A stretch of DNA of 64,000 bases from Glaucostegus cemiculus (Eukaryota). The notes beneath the pieces were generated by a model that ran no database searches, was not told the origin of the DNA, and was given only the letters and a program-made list of their open reading frames with translations. The translations under genes were made by a program, and so were the position numbers. Within the stretch, counting starts at the first letter, position 1; every line of letters starts with the position of its first letter. Location: assembly GCA_976551045.1 (NCBI GenBank), contig CDPCPM010000029.1, positions 33,418,001 through 33,482,000 of the forward strand, given 5' to 3'. This document shows, in pieces, positions 38,790 to 49,760 of the stretch.

Positions 38790-41064
38790 GGAACCCCAGC
38801 AAGGTAGAGCTGACAACTAGTCTGCAAGAGTATCGAAGAGACGGCTTACCAGCAGAGTTATACTTCGTTCTGTGGGACTGGATGAGCTCAGACCTGCTGG
38901 AAGTGTATAACGCTATGCTTCTGGCTGGCAAAATGTCAGTCTGCATGAGGAAGGACATCATTACCCTCATCAACAAGCAGAAGGGGGAGAGAGAGGGCAT
39001 CAGGAATTGAAGACCCATTTCAATATTGAACGTGGACTATAACATCCTGTCCAAGGCCATTGCCAACTGAGTCAAGGCCGCTCTGGGACAGGTGATCCAC
39101 CCAGACCAAACCTGTCCTGTACCTTGCAGGTAAATCTTTGACAGCCTTGCGCTACTCAGGAATACTATCGCCTGCATTGCAGGACAAAGGGGTGGACTCC
39201 TGCCAAGTCAACATGGACCAGGAAAAGGTCTTCAACAGGATATCACACACATACATGATGGACGCTCTCTCCAAAATAGGCTTTGGGGAGGGAATCAGAA
39301 ATTGGATCCAACTGCTCCACACAGATATCCGTAGTGCAGTCCAAATCAATGGGTGGGAGACAGATACTGTAGTTTACCCATCAAGTCTGGAGTCAGGCGG
39401 GGTTGTCCACTCTCCCCTGTCTTGTTTGTGTGCTGCATAGAACCCTTTGCCGAGTCCACCAGGAAGGACGAGAGCAAAAGAGGGGTGACACTGCCAGGCA
39501 GTGGAGGCATCTAAGTCAAAACTTCTCTGTACATGGATGATGTTGTGGTTTTCTGCTCAGATCCATGGTCAATTCTCAGATTGATCAGCATCTGTGACCA
39601 GTCTGAGTTGGCATTGGGGCCAGAGTCAACCGCAGGAAGAGCAAGGCTGAGTTGGCCCGACCGATCCAATGTCCCCTTTACCGTCAGCCTTGACTACCTG
39701 AAGGTGCTGATGATCTAGTTTGGAGGGACTGAGGCATGTAAACAAGAATTGGCTGGGGTGGATTGGGAAGGTAAAACAAAAATTGGGTCTGTGGAAACAG
39801 CGCTATCTTTCAATAACTGAGAAGAACTTGGTCATCAGGTGTGACATGCTCTCAGGCTGCTGTGCTTGGCACAGGTATGGCCTGTTCCTCACTCCTCTGC
39901 CTTGGCAATCACTCAGGATGTCCTCCAGTTTATCTGGGGCCCAAGATGGAGCAAGTTTGATGAGTAAGTTCCCGGAGAATGGAGGCAAAAGTGTACCCAA
40001 TGTTGTACTCATCCTGATGACCACCTTCGTCTGTGGTTGTATCAGTTGGTGTGTGGACCCAAAGTACATGAGCACCAAATGTCACTATTTGCTGAGGTTT
40101 TACCTGTCCCTGGTGTTGCTGAAGATAGGCCTGGCCCCTCTATCACACAATGCCTTAGTCAGCTGCACTACCTGTTCTTTGTGGAAGAGTTCTTCCAAGT
40201 AAACACCTTTGACCACATCCATCAGGCAGCAGTCAGCATGGAACATCCTGCAGATACTGCAGGACAGGGACACTATGGATACAGTGGGGTGTTTCCCTGA
40301 GCAGACTGTCCACACCATCTGGCAGAACACCTCATTGCAGATCTCACTAACAAGCACCAAGACCTCGCTTGGCTGGCAGTGAGAAGTGCTGTCCCAGTCA
40401 GAGCTTTCCTCTACAGATGACATATCACCCCCAATGCACGCTGCCCTCAGGACATCTGCGTGGTGAGGAGACGGTCACCCATCTATTTGCAGACTGTGGA
40501 TTTGCATAGAGGGTGTGGAGGATGCAAGGGTACGTGTCCCAGTTCATCCCCAGCAGCTATGTAATGGAGGACTCTCTGATCTGTGGGCTGTTCCCTGGGA
40601 CACTCATCGAGACAGACATCAAGTGCTGCTGGAAAGTAATCAGTTCGGTGAAAGATGCTCTTTGGTCTGCCCGAAACTTGTTGGTCTTCCAGCACAGTGA
40701 GATGTCTGTAAGGGAATACTGCTGACTGGCACAGTCCAGGCTGAAGGGCTATGTGCTGAGGGATGTACTGAAGCTCAGTGCAGTCAATGCTAAGGCTCTG
40801 TAGAGAAGGACTATAGTCTAGGCTCCTTCTGCTACCTCACATGGAGGGGTGGTGTTGGGTGGGGAAGCCCCTTGAACAATGAAAGGGGTATCAGCTCAGG
40901 GGACCATGTGAGTGGCAATGGTGCTGTTTGTGTTTTTTTTTCTTTGAAAGTTTACGCTAATGATCATGAATGTAACAACCATGAATATATAAGTTTTTTG
41001 CATTGTTTCTTCCTTTGTATATATTTTTCTTTATGAAAAGTCTATTTTTGAAATTAAAAGAAAA
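38790..41064 (+). mobile_element. Tx1 (L1-clade) LINE, 5'-truncated and degraded ORF2
   Basis: DGLPAELY, KQKGEREGIRN*RPISILNVDYNILSKAIAN, LGQVIHPDQTC, DQEKVFNRISH, LYMDDV at about 39527-39544, C-terminal RCPQDIC..ETVTHLFADC zinc knuckle, and an A-rich end. Confidence 0.9.
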
Positions 41065-41709
41065 CTTCCAGTTAAAGGGTTACGTTTAGAACCAGCAAAG
41101 TCTGATCTGTGTTCACTGGGCCGGGTTTCATTTCACCAGTACCTTCTTCCCACCCAGAAGTAGTAGGGGTTGGGATAGCCAGCAAATTTTTCTCTTACCT
41201 GCAATGAGCTTGTATCGGGACCATCAGTGGGTGAATGGGTGGGTGGGTGGGGGAGCACAGGAGTAAATTTGTAATTGTTATGAAACTGTGGGCAGCATTT
41301 TGAGCAGACGCAAAAGACGGAAAAAAGTGAAAATGAGATCTACTGTTTTTCTCTTTCCACTTGTTTACTGAAGGTTAGACTTGGTGCATCCATGAAAAGC
41401 TGAAGGAAAGGAAGCCTGCAGGAATGAGAGCATTTAAAGGCCTATAAATCTTCACTGCAAGTGGTATTAGGTCCTTTCAGGCTCTCTTGTTTGTCTTTAG
41501 ACTTTTACTTAGTTAATCTTTCATAAACCTTAATGCTGCTTGTTGTTATTGGTCTTCTCTTTTGCTTCAAGTGGATTGTCCAATGGGGATCCTCTAAACT
41601 GTCACATCTTGAAGAAGTGGAATTGCAGAGAGATTCCCGGTATCACAGTCTGTCCTTTTGCTAGCTCTCCCAACCACAGTTACAAAGAAATGTGCTTTGA
41701 CAAGCATTT

Positions 41710-42070
41710 CCCTCATGTAGAAGTTTAAAAGCCAATATAACTTAAGATATTCAAGATGAATTAAGTATTTGACAGGGTTGACAGCAAGAGTCGAGAGATG
41801 GGGACATATCTTTAAAATTATTGGCTCAACCATTTAGATATGAAGTCAGAAAGCATTGCTTCACACAAACAAATGGTGGAAATAACAGTCTTCCCCATAG
41901 AGCGGTTAAGGCTCAGTCAACCAAAACTTCTAAAACCGAGTCTGTTGACTTTTAGTAAGTCAAAATTATTATACATTATGGAACCAAAACAGAAAGTAGC
42001 CTCAATGTGCAGATCAACCACAACTTAACTGAATGGTAGTACACACTTACAGCTGATTCCTGTTCCCATA
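41710..42070 (+). mobile_element. Old CR1 3' fragment
   Basis: GGGACATATCTTTAAAATT...CATTTAGATATGAAGTCAGAAAGCATTGCTTCACACAAA corresponds to the RGH..K..FR.EVRK.FFTQ region. Confidence 0.55.
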
Positions 42071-42417
42071 TTTTGCTGCAAATTACTTATTTTCCCTTAA
42101 GAAGCTGAGTCTAGGAAATCTGGTGGTAATGATGTCAGAAAAGAGTGCTTGACTAACTATTGTGCTTCAAGGATCTCCTAAGGTTTTCAAATCATATCAT
42201 GGCTCATAAAATGGAATGTGTTTTATGTTCATCCACTTCCACTAATGTGTTCTTGGCAGGCTCTTGGAATTACCATGGCAGCCTGTATTCAGAAGATGTT
42301 ATCCTCAGGCAGAGTAAATGAGCACCTAATTCTCAGTTGATACTGCTGTCCACTCCTTAATGGGTAGAGTTTATCGCAAGAGATGTTAATCTGAGCTGGG
42401 ATGAGTAGAACATCCCA

Positions 42418-42557
42418 GGAGTCCTGATGAAGGGTCACTAAATGAAACGCAAATTGTCCATTTCCCTCCCTAGATGCTGGCTGACCCATTGAGTTCCTCC
42501 AACATTTTGTGTATTGATCCAGATTCCCAACATCTGCAATCTCTCTCGTATCTCCAT
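42418..42557 (+). mobile_element. Penelope-derived end starting exactly at a hammerhead motif
   Basis: GAGTC-CTGATGA-AGGGTCACTAAAT-GAAACGC, then AGATGCTGGCTGACCCATTGAGTTCCTCCAAC...CAACATCTGCA. Confidence 0.7.
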
Positions 42558-44569
42558 GAGTAGAACATGCTTTATCGGGAAGATGTTCCGGATGAGTTGA
42601 TCACAATATCAATTGGTTTAAAGAACTTGGAGAAAACCAAAAAAAAACAAAAGTGATGATACTTATTAATATGAGAGCCAATGTTAATGAGTTGCTAAAA
42701 GATCTGACTGAGGTGGGCTGAAATCAAAGTGTATCAGGTTAAATAGAAAAAGAGCAATAGGAGGCTGTCTGGGAGGAGGTAGTTCAGATATAGAGGGTGG
42801 AGGAGTAGTTCAGGCAGAGGACCCAAATGAAAGGCATTTAAAACTGGAGTTCCCTGGATAAGTACATTAAAGTGAAACAAAAAAGGAGCCTGAACTTTGG
42901 TTGAGGTCTGTGACATGTTTATATTACAATAGAGAATGATGCCAGCACAAAGGGTACATAGGAAAAGTGAGGGAAACAGGAGTAAAAGGATTATTTGGGA
43001 GAAAAAATACCAGATAACATAAAAAAGAACTCTAAAAAAGCTTTCAAAATTTCTTTAGACTAAGAAGGGTGGGACAGATTCGGAACCAGGTGGGGCAGAG
43101 GTAGAAGGAATTGCTGGAGTACTTTGAAGGAAGAATTGGATGACATGGCAAAGGTGGAAATAATTAAGTAGGTACTCAGGTCTAAAGAAGAAAACTCACC
43201 TGACATATTTTATTCAGGGTATTAAGGGCAGATAAAGCAGACACTATTTGCCTATCAGTTCTCCATTTAAAAGGAAGATATGAACACGGAGACTTAGGGT
43301 TCTCTATCACTAGTCTTCAAAAGTAGAAAGTTGATGAACCTGTTAAAAAATATAAGGAATCCTTGTCTTTATCAATGGAGTAAAAACAAAATGGAATTAT
43401 GGTAAATCTTTTTGTATCTCTCCTGAGGCATTGGGTAGTTTATTCTGGGTATTAAGATTCTAAGAAGGATATCAAAGGCTTGAAGAGGGCCCAGAATGAT
43501 ATCATATTTGAGGAACTTCAGTTGCACAGTCACAATTAGCTGAATGGTCTCTTTCGGTGCGGTAAAATTTTTGAATTTACATTATAGATCATTTTAGTTG
43601 ACATTGCTATACAAAGTAAGGATAAACAGGAGAGTGGTAATGAAATATTTATAGAAAGTTATAAAATGAAAACCTGCAAAGAGTAATGAAGCTTACTTCA
43701 ACCTTATCCATCCCTTGTAGCGCCTGACTTTTATTGCAGTGGTTAGTGGATGAACAGCATGACCCTTTTTAATGCTAATTTATCACTGCAAAGTTATAAA
43801 TTCAAAACTCTAATGATCCTTTAATGCCTAGATCAATACAAGAGTAGTATCTGTGTTTTATCTAGTCAATATTTAATGTGATGCACACCCAACCTGACGG
43901 GAATATAACCCCAAAGCTCTTTAATGTTTAAAGGAGTTATTAAGTCTTGAGACTGTTCTTGTAGAAGTCTCTTAATGTGAACAATACTGCGGTGAGCAAA
44001 ACGTTCCAAAATCCAATTGTCTCTTTTAGGCAAACATTATTAAAAGCATATGTAAGCACTTTCATTAATGAGACCATCACATAAATGCTTGGAAACAAAA
44101 ACAATAATGCAGTTTGCAAACAGGGTGGCAAGATTTGCATTAAATAAATAAAAAGGCAATAAACCAACCTTTTGAATTACTAAAACTAAATCTAGTGAAC
44201 CTATTTGAGTAATCTCATTAAGAGGATGTGCATGGATTAGCAATACGGAGTGTTCTTCTGCATTCAGCAGCATTAGAAAAGCAATACAATTATTAAGACA
44301 ACTCTTTTTTATTGCTTATATAGATCAAGACAGAAGGAGTAGACAGGACTATGTATATGTTGAGCATATTATCAATATGAAAATTTGAATAGAGACTACA
44401 GTGTGTGAAAATGACAAATGGGGAGTGACAATGCATGTGAACATTTCATTCAGAGTATTTACAAATGCAGAGTTAATAAAAGAGAAATATGATGCTGCTA
44501 TAAATGGCATACTCTCATGTTATACATTTAATCTTCTAATCTCCAGCAGATACAAGCTTAGTCTGTCCA

Positions 44570-45300
44570 TCATAAGACAACATGCCATTCCAGGTATTTC
44601 TTCAGTAAACCTTCTCTGAACTGCTTTCAACATATTATTGTACTTCCTTAACTAAGGAAACCAATACTAATAGAGTACTCCAGATGTGCGCTCACCAATG
44701 CTGTATGTAATAGAAACATAATCTCCTTACATTTGTTTTCTAGTTTTGGGCTTCATACCTAAGGAAGTTTACAATTGCCTTGGAGGAATAGGTTGTAAAT
44801 TCACTAGATTGATCAGGAGAATAAGTGTATTAATCTAAAAGATATTGTATAACATTATCTTATATTGACTGAAGTTCATAAAATGAGAGATCTTCTTACA
44901 GAAATATGTAATTCTGACAGGGATTGAAAGAGTAGATGATGAGTGGCTATTTCCTCTGACTAGGGAATCCATAAACACTAGGTAAAGAGTATATTGGAAA
45001 TATTCAGCAGGTCAGGAAATACCTGTAGATAGAAAAGCGGAATTGTCTTTGACCTGAAAAGTTAATGCTATTTCTTTTTCTACATATTCTGCCTGACATG
45101 TTGAGCTGTTTCAATATTTTTTTTGTTTTATCTCAGCATTTTGAGCATCTGTGCATCCTTATTATTTTCACCACAGAATAAAGGGTAGGCTATTTAGGAC
45201 CAAAATAAAATTTCCTTTGTCTTTCAGTGGACAGCAATTGTTTGGAATTTTTACTCTGATGAAAAAAATACTCAGCGCATATATTGAAGGATGAGATTTA
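44570..45300. mobile_element. Degraded CR1 fragments on both strands
   Basis: Minus piece TAGTAAACCTTCTCTGAACTGC-like...CCAGATGTGCGCTCACCAATG at 44570-44735; plus piece ACCTAAGGAAG...TTCACTAGATTGAT, interrupted by the palindrome at 44991-45117. Confidence 0.55.
44991..45117. repeat. Short imperfect palindrome of two Penelope-derived ends
   Basis: ATATTGGAAATATTCAGCAGGTCAGG..TGTAGATAGAAAAG versus CTTTTTCTACATATTCTGCCTGACATGTTGAGCTGTTTCAATAT. Confidence 0.6.
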
Positions 45301-45492
45301 CTTCCTTCCATTGAGTACTGCCTACAGTACAGTATTCATTACATTGGACAGACTAGAGCATCTCACCTTTCAGTTGGCACAACATATTCTTCTGGACTCA
45401 GTAGTGGGTTCAACAAATTCTGATCCTGGCTACTCCCACATTTTTTCTCTTGGTAATAACCCTGCTATTTCTAGTAGACTTCATGTTTCTTC

Positions 45493-45693
45493 AATAAAAC
45501 CAGAAAACACCAGAAATACTCAACAGGTCAGGCCGCATCTCTGGAAAAAGACACGGAATTAATGTTTCAGGTTGGATACCCTTTGTAAGAGCAGTTCTGA
45601 CCAAGACTCTCCAGCCTGAAATATTAACTCGGGTTCTCTTTCCACAGATGCTGCCTGACCTGCTGAGTGTTTCTTGTATTTTCTGGTTTTATT
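45493..45693. repeat. ~200-bp palindrome of two inverted Penelope-derived ends
   Basis: The reverse complement of 45493-45592 aligns collinearly with 45594-45693 (CCTGAAA.ATTAA.TC...TTTCCA.AGATGC.GCCTGACCTG.TGAGT.TTTCT.GT.TTTTCTGGTTTTATT). Confidence 0.85.
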
Positions 45694-46641
45694 TCAGATT
45701 TCTAGCATTTGCAGATTTTATTTTTGATTTTCATGTTTTTGTTTCTTTACATGAACCTTTTCCACCCTCTTTGGCCATCCACCATTATCCCTTTTATTGT
45801 ATATTGTCAACCACCACCTTTCATATTGTCACCAACCTTTCTTAAAATCTAACATCTGTGTTCTATATTAGGCTTTATTTATAATATTCAGCTTGAAACA
45901 TGAACGTTGTTTTACTGTCTTCACAGAAACTGCCTAATGAGGTAAGTATTTCCAGTGTTTACAGGATAAGCATTATTTTGACTTTTTTCCATTCCCTTAA
46001 CAGCCTCTGGGAGGCAGAATCAATAACTTTGCTTCTGCCTCCCAGGCTGAAAAATCATATCTTTCCATTCAGCTTGATCATTATTGCTCTGCTCTATATT
46101 GTCTCCAGTACTAGAATGTTCCGATTGTTTCATGGAAATGAAAACTTTATGCAAGGTGCAAACTGAAAACACAGTATGATTGCTTGCACCGTTGGCAAGC
46201 TTATCTTCTTTAAAATAGAACAGTGGGTATGACTTATACTCATTTTCTTGAATTAAGAGTCTCTTAAAACTTAGGGTGGGCTTCCACTGGGATTTTGGCA
46301 CAAATGAATGAGCCTAATGCTTATGCCCTTTCAAATCTCATTGTATACCTCAGAGAAGAAATTTCTCCTCTTATCCCTTAGAAATTTGTGAATTTTTATT
46401 CTAAAACTGGTCCTAGATTCCCCTTTGAGGAAAAATATCCTGTCAGTATCTGCACTGTCAAGTCTTCTCGGTGTCTTATATGTTTCTATAAGATAATAAT
46501 TTAATGAACTTAATCACAGCCTACGATAAATGCAAATGTAACTACGTTTTATGTCACCATTTATGTATGTATGATTCAATTACGGATTAACTGCCACAGT
46601 GAAAAACTGGTAGCTTTCCCTCTATCAATGGATTGTTGCAT

Positions 46642-46945
46642 CATGGTGGTGTAGCAGTTAGCATAATGCTACTACGGTGCCAGTGACCCGGTGTTCAATT
46701 CCGGCCACTGTCTGTAAGGAGTTTGTACGTTCTCCCCGTGACTGCGTGGGTTTCCTCCGGGTGCTCTGGTTTCCTCCCACATTCCAAATATGTACAGGTT
46801 AGGAGTTGTGAGCATGCTATGTTGGTGCTGGAAGAGGGACGACACTTATGGGCTGCCCCCAGCACATTCTCAGTAATGCAAAAAGATGCGTTTCACTGTG
46901 TGTTTCGATGTACATGTGACTAATAAATAAATACCTTATCTTATC
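46642..46945 (+). mobile_element. Full-length V-SINE with Rex1-like tail
   Basis: Box A-like TGGTGTAGCAGTTAG, box B GTTCAATTCC (46693-46702), V-domain, tail TTTCACTGTGTGTTTCGATGTACATGTGACTAATAAA plus CTTATCTTATC. Confidence 0.92.
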
Positions 46946-48339
46946 AGAAAGAAATGAACACTACATTTTAATCACATATATAAAAATATTAACACCTAAA
47001 AACTTGATAAACATACAGCTGCCAAAATGAATAAAGTAAACAATGACATTATTTGTCTCAATATCTCTAATAAAAATATGGAATAATGAATATTTACTTC
47101 CATTTTCACCTTGATTCTTTATTTATGTCATTCTGATAAAATGCCTGGAGAAGAGTTGTGGAGTCCAATGTATTCATGTTTTCTGAAGATCAGTTTTTGC
47201 CAAAATGTTTACTTGGACAGAACATTAATTAAGATGCAACTAGTGCTTGAAATATACTTGTAAAATATTAAGTACTGTATCCATCACTGAAGCTGTTTGC
47301 CTTCTCTTCAGATAATATCTAGGAATGCAGACAATCAACTGTAACTGCAAGATGTACTTTGAAATGTGTTTCTCTGAATATTTTACAATCATTGTAATAT
47401 GTTGTGCATCTATCAATACCTAATTTCCAACTTTTAGCACTACAGTCTACTATTTATTTATCAGACAAATTTAAACCAGATTTAGCAGATTAGCAACAAA
47501 CAGAAACAATGGCCATTATCAATCAGGAGGCATAATGAACTGCAACATTTATTTTTAGTGTGTACCTATGTAAGATTTTACCTTCCATCAGTTCTGTCTG
47601 CCAATTGTAATCACTTTAACTTTTGCTTGGTCAATTTTTGTTTCATATCTTTTACCTTGGGAATTTTGCTTCGGAAGAAAAGGTCTGCTTAGTCCATTAG
47701 CTGATCCACTTTTTGGTGATAAATCCCTTGGTGTGCACTCATGACAGGAATTACTTCGCTCTAATGAGCAATAAACGTGGAAAAGTCATATGTCTCCATG
47801 GATTACGTTGCCAGAAATTACATTTAGGAGACGGCTAATTATCTAAAATTTATCCAAATTCAATACAAATTTCATTGCATTAATTGTATTTCCATGTTTC
47901 ACTGCATTAAAGATATTTAAATGCATTTGTCATAGCACTCTAGCATAGATGCAATGCTCGATATTAACAGTGGTTGCCATCTGATGTAAGTACCTGAGCA
48001 ATTAAAAAAAGAATACAAATACTAAATCATATTGACTTCATATAAAATACTTGACATGAGACTGTGATTTTCAAAATCGCCATTTTGTATACAAACTGCT
48101 TTCCAATACTGCAAATTTTTGAAATTTCTATCTTTAGTTGCATTAATCCTGAAGTAAATCAATGGAGACACTGAGAACCTAAGTTTGAAATTGTGCACAG
48201 TTTAAAACTGAATCACTGTGGGTCTACAAATCCCTCCTGAGCCTTACCCTTCCCTATACCTGTTGTTGTTCCAGCTTTTTAAACCTTTGAGTACCTGCAG
48301 AACTCTGGCATCTTGAGCATCAACTTAATCAGTAGTATT

Positions 48340-49760
48340 GAAGGGTGGAATGAGGAAGGCTGGCCTGAAGTACACTGGAGGACTCAAGTCCAATACTAAC
48401 AAAGACACGAAGGAGGGTCTTCAGCAACAAATAATCTGAGGCAGGGATGGAATCAGGTGATGCTCAAATGGTGGAATCAGTGCTGTTAGTGATCCACAAG
48501 TAGTTGTTTTAAAGGTTAACTTATGATCAAATATAACATCAAGATTGGAAGAGTCTGGTTCATTCTTAGTGGGTTACCAGAAAATAGGATGGAGCTGGTG
48601 CTGAATTGGCATCCTCCCTCTTACTGATCTGTAACAAGAAGAAATTGCTGTTCAGCCCAGAAAGGATATCAGATGAGCAGTATAAATCATACGAGAAGTC
48701 AAGAGAGTTGGTTCCGAGATAGATTTGAAGGTTTTCAGTCGATGTTGCTGAGAAGCATATTATAAACAAGAAATAAGAACAAACCTAGGACAGATCTTTG
48801 AAGGATGACAAAGTTAGTAATGTAGATATGGGAAGAGAAGACATTGCAGGTAATTCTCTGGCTATAGGAAGGAAAAATGGATTTCGATAGATGTGGTACC
48901 ATTCTGCTGGCAAAAAGTGAAGACACATTGGAGGAGGATAGCATGCTCAAACATAACAAAGTTTGTAAGCATAAAAACATAAGAACATAAGAAAATAGGA
49001 GGCAGGCCAGTCAGCTCCTCAAGCCTGCCCTGCCATTCCATATGATCATGGCAGATCTGTCCAAGGTCCTACTCCTCCTCGGTATCAGTTTCCCATTGTA
49101 TTCAAGGTCGAGAATTCCAGAGATTCACAACCCTCCACAAGATAAAGTTCCTACACACCTTAGTTTTAAATAACTGTTCTTTAATCTTGTAATAATGTTC
49201 CCTCATTTGGAATTCTCCCTCTAATGGGTACATTTTGACATCTACCCTGTCATGCCCCTTCAGGATCTTATATGCTTCAATAGCATCACCCCATATTCTT
49301 CTGAACTCCAAGGAATTAGATCTCATTTCTTTAGTCACTCAATGGCTTGAGAAGAATGAGAGAGACTCGGTTACCTTTACTACAGTCACATAAGATCTTA
49401 TATGTGGTTTTTAGAACTCTGACAAGGACAGAAATCTGACTGCATGGATTCAAATGAGAGTTTGCAAAAGAAGCATCCAAATTAGTTTTTTTGTGGAAAG
49501 GTGAATGATGGTAGGAAAATGGGTGACATGCCTAAGGAGCAATAAACAGTTAATACCATCAACAAATGTGGAGGCCAGGAAGGGAGAGTGGGTAACCAAT
49601 TGCTTACTGGAATAGGGTCAAGGGAACATGATTTAAGTTTCACAGACAAGGTGAGCTTAGGAGTGCATGTGGGAAGATTGGAGAGAAAAAGAAAAATAAA
49701 CAGGATTAGGGCTAGGATAGGAAGAACCTCCAGAGGAAAATTGACCCAGTGAGCCAGGCT
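48340..49760 (-). mobile_element. Ancient L2-clade LINE fossil interrupted by a CR1 3' end
   Basis: ORF 48735-48980 ends VILQRSVLGLFLFLVYNMLLSNI, resembling [23 protein letters not shown]. Similar purine-rich sequence resumes after 49335. Confidence 0.55.
48975..49330 (-). mobile_element. CR1 3' end
   Basis: SLEFRRIWGDAIEAYKILKGHDRVD...RNFILWRVVNLWNS; (CTTATGTT)n tail seen as AACATAAGAACATAAG. Confidence 0.85.

Noticed and set aside
46642-46710. tRNA-like box A and box B
   Set aside because: This is a SINE head with no full cloverleaf, not a tRNA gene.
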